Positions 23,602 to 24,000 of a stretch of DNA of 24,000 nucleotides are shown here, piece by piece. Source of the stretch: Actinomycetes bacterium. GTDB taxonomy: Bacteria > Actinomycetota > Acidimicrobiia > Spongiisociales > SHLN01. Below the pieces are notes generated by a model, which was given only the letters and a program-made list of their open reading frames with translations, made no database searches and had not been told where the DNA came from. Both the position numbers and the translations under genes were made by a program. The DNA is taken from assembly GCA_024638625.1 (NCBI GenBank), contig JAHEJY010000018.1:6398-30397 (forward strand), given 5' to 3'. Position 1 is the stretch's first letter; the number at the start of each line of letters is the position of its first letter.

Positions 23602-24000
23602 GTGATAACCATCCTCGTGGTCGAAGACCACCCGGCCTACGGGGCGGCCCTGACATCGTTCCTGAGCGCGGAAAAAGACCTGGTCGTCCTGGCCCTGGCC
23701 GGGAACGGTGAAACAGCCATCGCCCTTGCTGCAGAGTGGCAGCCGGCCGTCGTCTTGATCGATCTGGTACTTCCCGGAATGAGCGGACTTGATGCGACAC
23801 GACGGATTCTGTCCGTGGCGCCCGACTCGCACGTGCTGGTCCTATCACTGCAATCAGGACATCATCTCATGGTCGAGTCTCTGCGGGCAGGCGCCGCCGG
23901 CTTCGTCTCCAAAGATCGCGCGGCCGACAACATCGTCGAAGCTGTTCGCGCAGTTCAGCGCGGGCACCGCTTCTTTCCGACTCCCGTCGACCTGTCGTAG
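23602..24000 (+). CDS. stand-alone receiver (REC-only) response regulator, NarL-type receiver without output domain
   Basis: GTG start. ITILVVEDHP...., LIDLVLPGMSGLD, ...VLVLS...., AGAAGFVSKD. TAG stop at 23998-24000, so the 132-aa protein is complete and has no HTH. Confidence 0.82.
   Translation: MITILVVEDHPAYGAALTSFLSAEKDLVVLALAGNGETAIALAAEWQPAVVLIDLVLPGMSGLDATRRILSVAPDSHVLVLSLQSGHHLMVESLRAGAAGFVSKDRAADNIVEAVRAVQRGHRFFPTPVDLS

Noticed and set aside
1-24000. Mobile elements, prophage, defence islands, CRISPR arrays, tRNA/rRNA genes
   Set aside because: I looked for integrase, transposase or recombinase motifs, terminal inverted repeats, spaced direct repeats, and tRNA-like T-arm sequences in all intergenic gaps, and found none. 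The STAND NTPase at the left edge has a BTAD DNA-binding context rather than an Avs-like effector domain.

Overview
High-GC, gene-dense chromosomal segment of actinobacterial type. That assignment is an inference from gene content: SARP/BTAD regulator, TreS, Zmp1-like M13 peptidase, CtpF-like P-type ATPase. I support 20 CDSs. I see no rRNA, tRNA, CRISPR array, transposase, integrase or phage genes. Gene order: (1) a 5'-truncated BTAD + P-loop + TPR regulator with an extra C-terminal HTH; (2) a low-GC spacer followed by an unannotated 30-codon signal-peptide-like ORF with a consensus Shine-Dalgarno; (3) EamA/DMT transporter (-); (4) shikimate kinase; (5) a minus-strand operon of MgtC/DUF4010 protein, hpt and a P2-type cation ATPase joined by two ATGA overlaps; (6) a small Gly-rich membrane protein; (7) DUF1015; (8) a Ser/Thr-rich lipoprotein (-); (9) a signal-less M13 metallopeptidase; (10) a heliorhodopsin whose stop overlaps the start of a DUF427 gene (TGATG), followed closely by an aldehyde dehydrogenase; (11) an SRPBCC protein behind a triple direct repeat and a sigmaB/sigmaF-like promoter; (12) treS (-) with a clear intrinsic terminator; (13) a tryptophanase-family lyase; (14) a sensor-domain-less HisKA_3 kinase with a perfect 15-bp tandem repeat in its 5' end, a NarL-type response regulator and a stand-alone receiver. 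The most interesting locus is the heliorhodopsin-DUF427-ALDH unit, a candidate light-sensor plus partner module. The second is the TPR regulator plus secreted-micropeptide arrangement. All calls rest on reading the translations and DNA by eye; no database search was possible.
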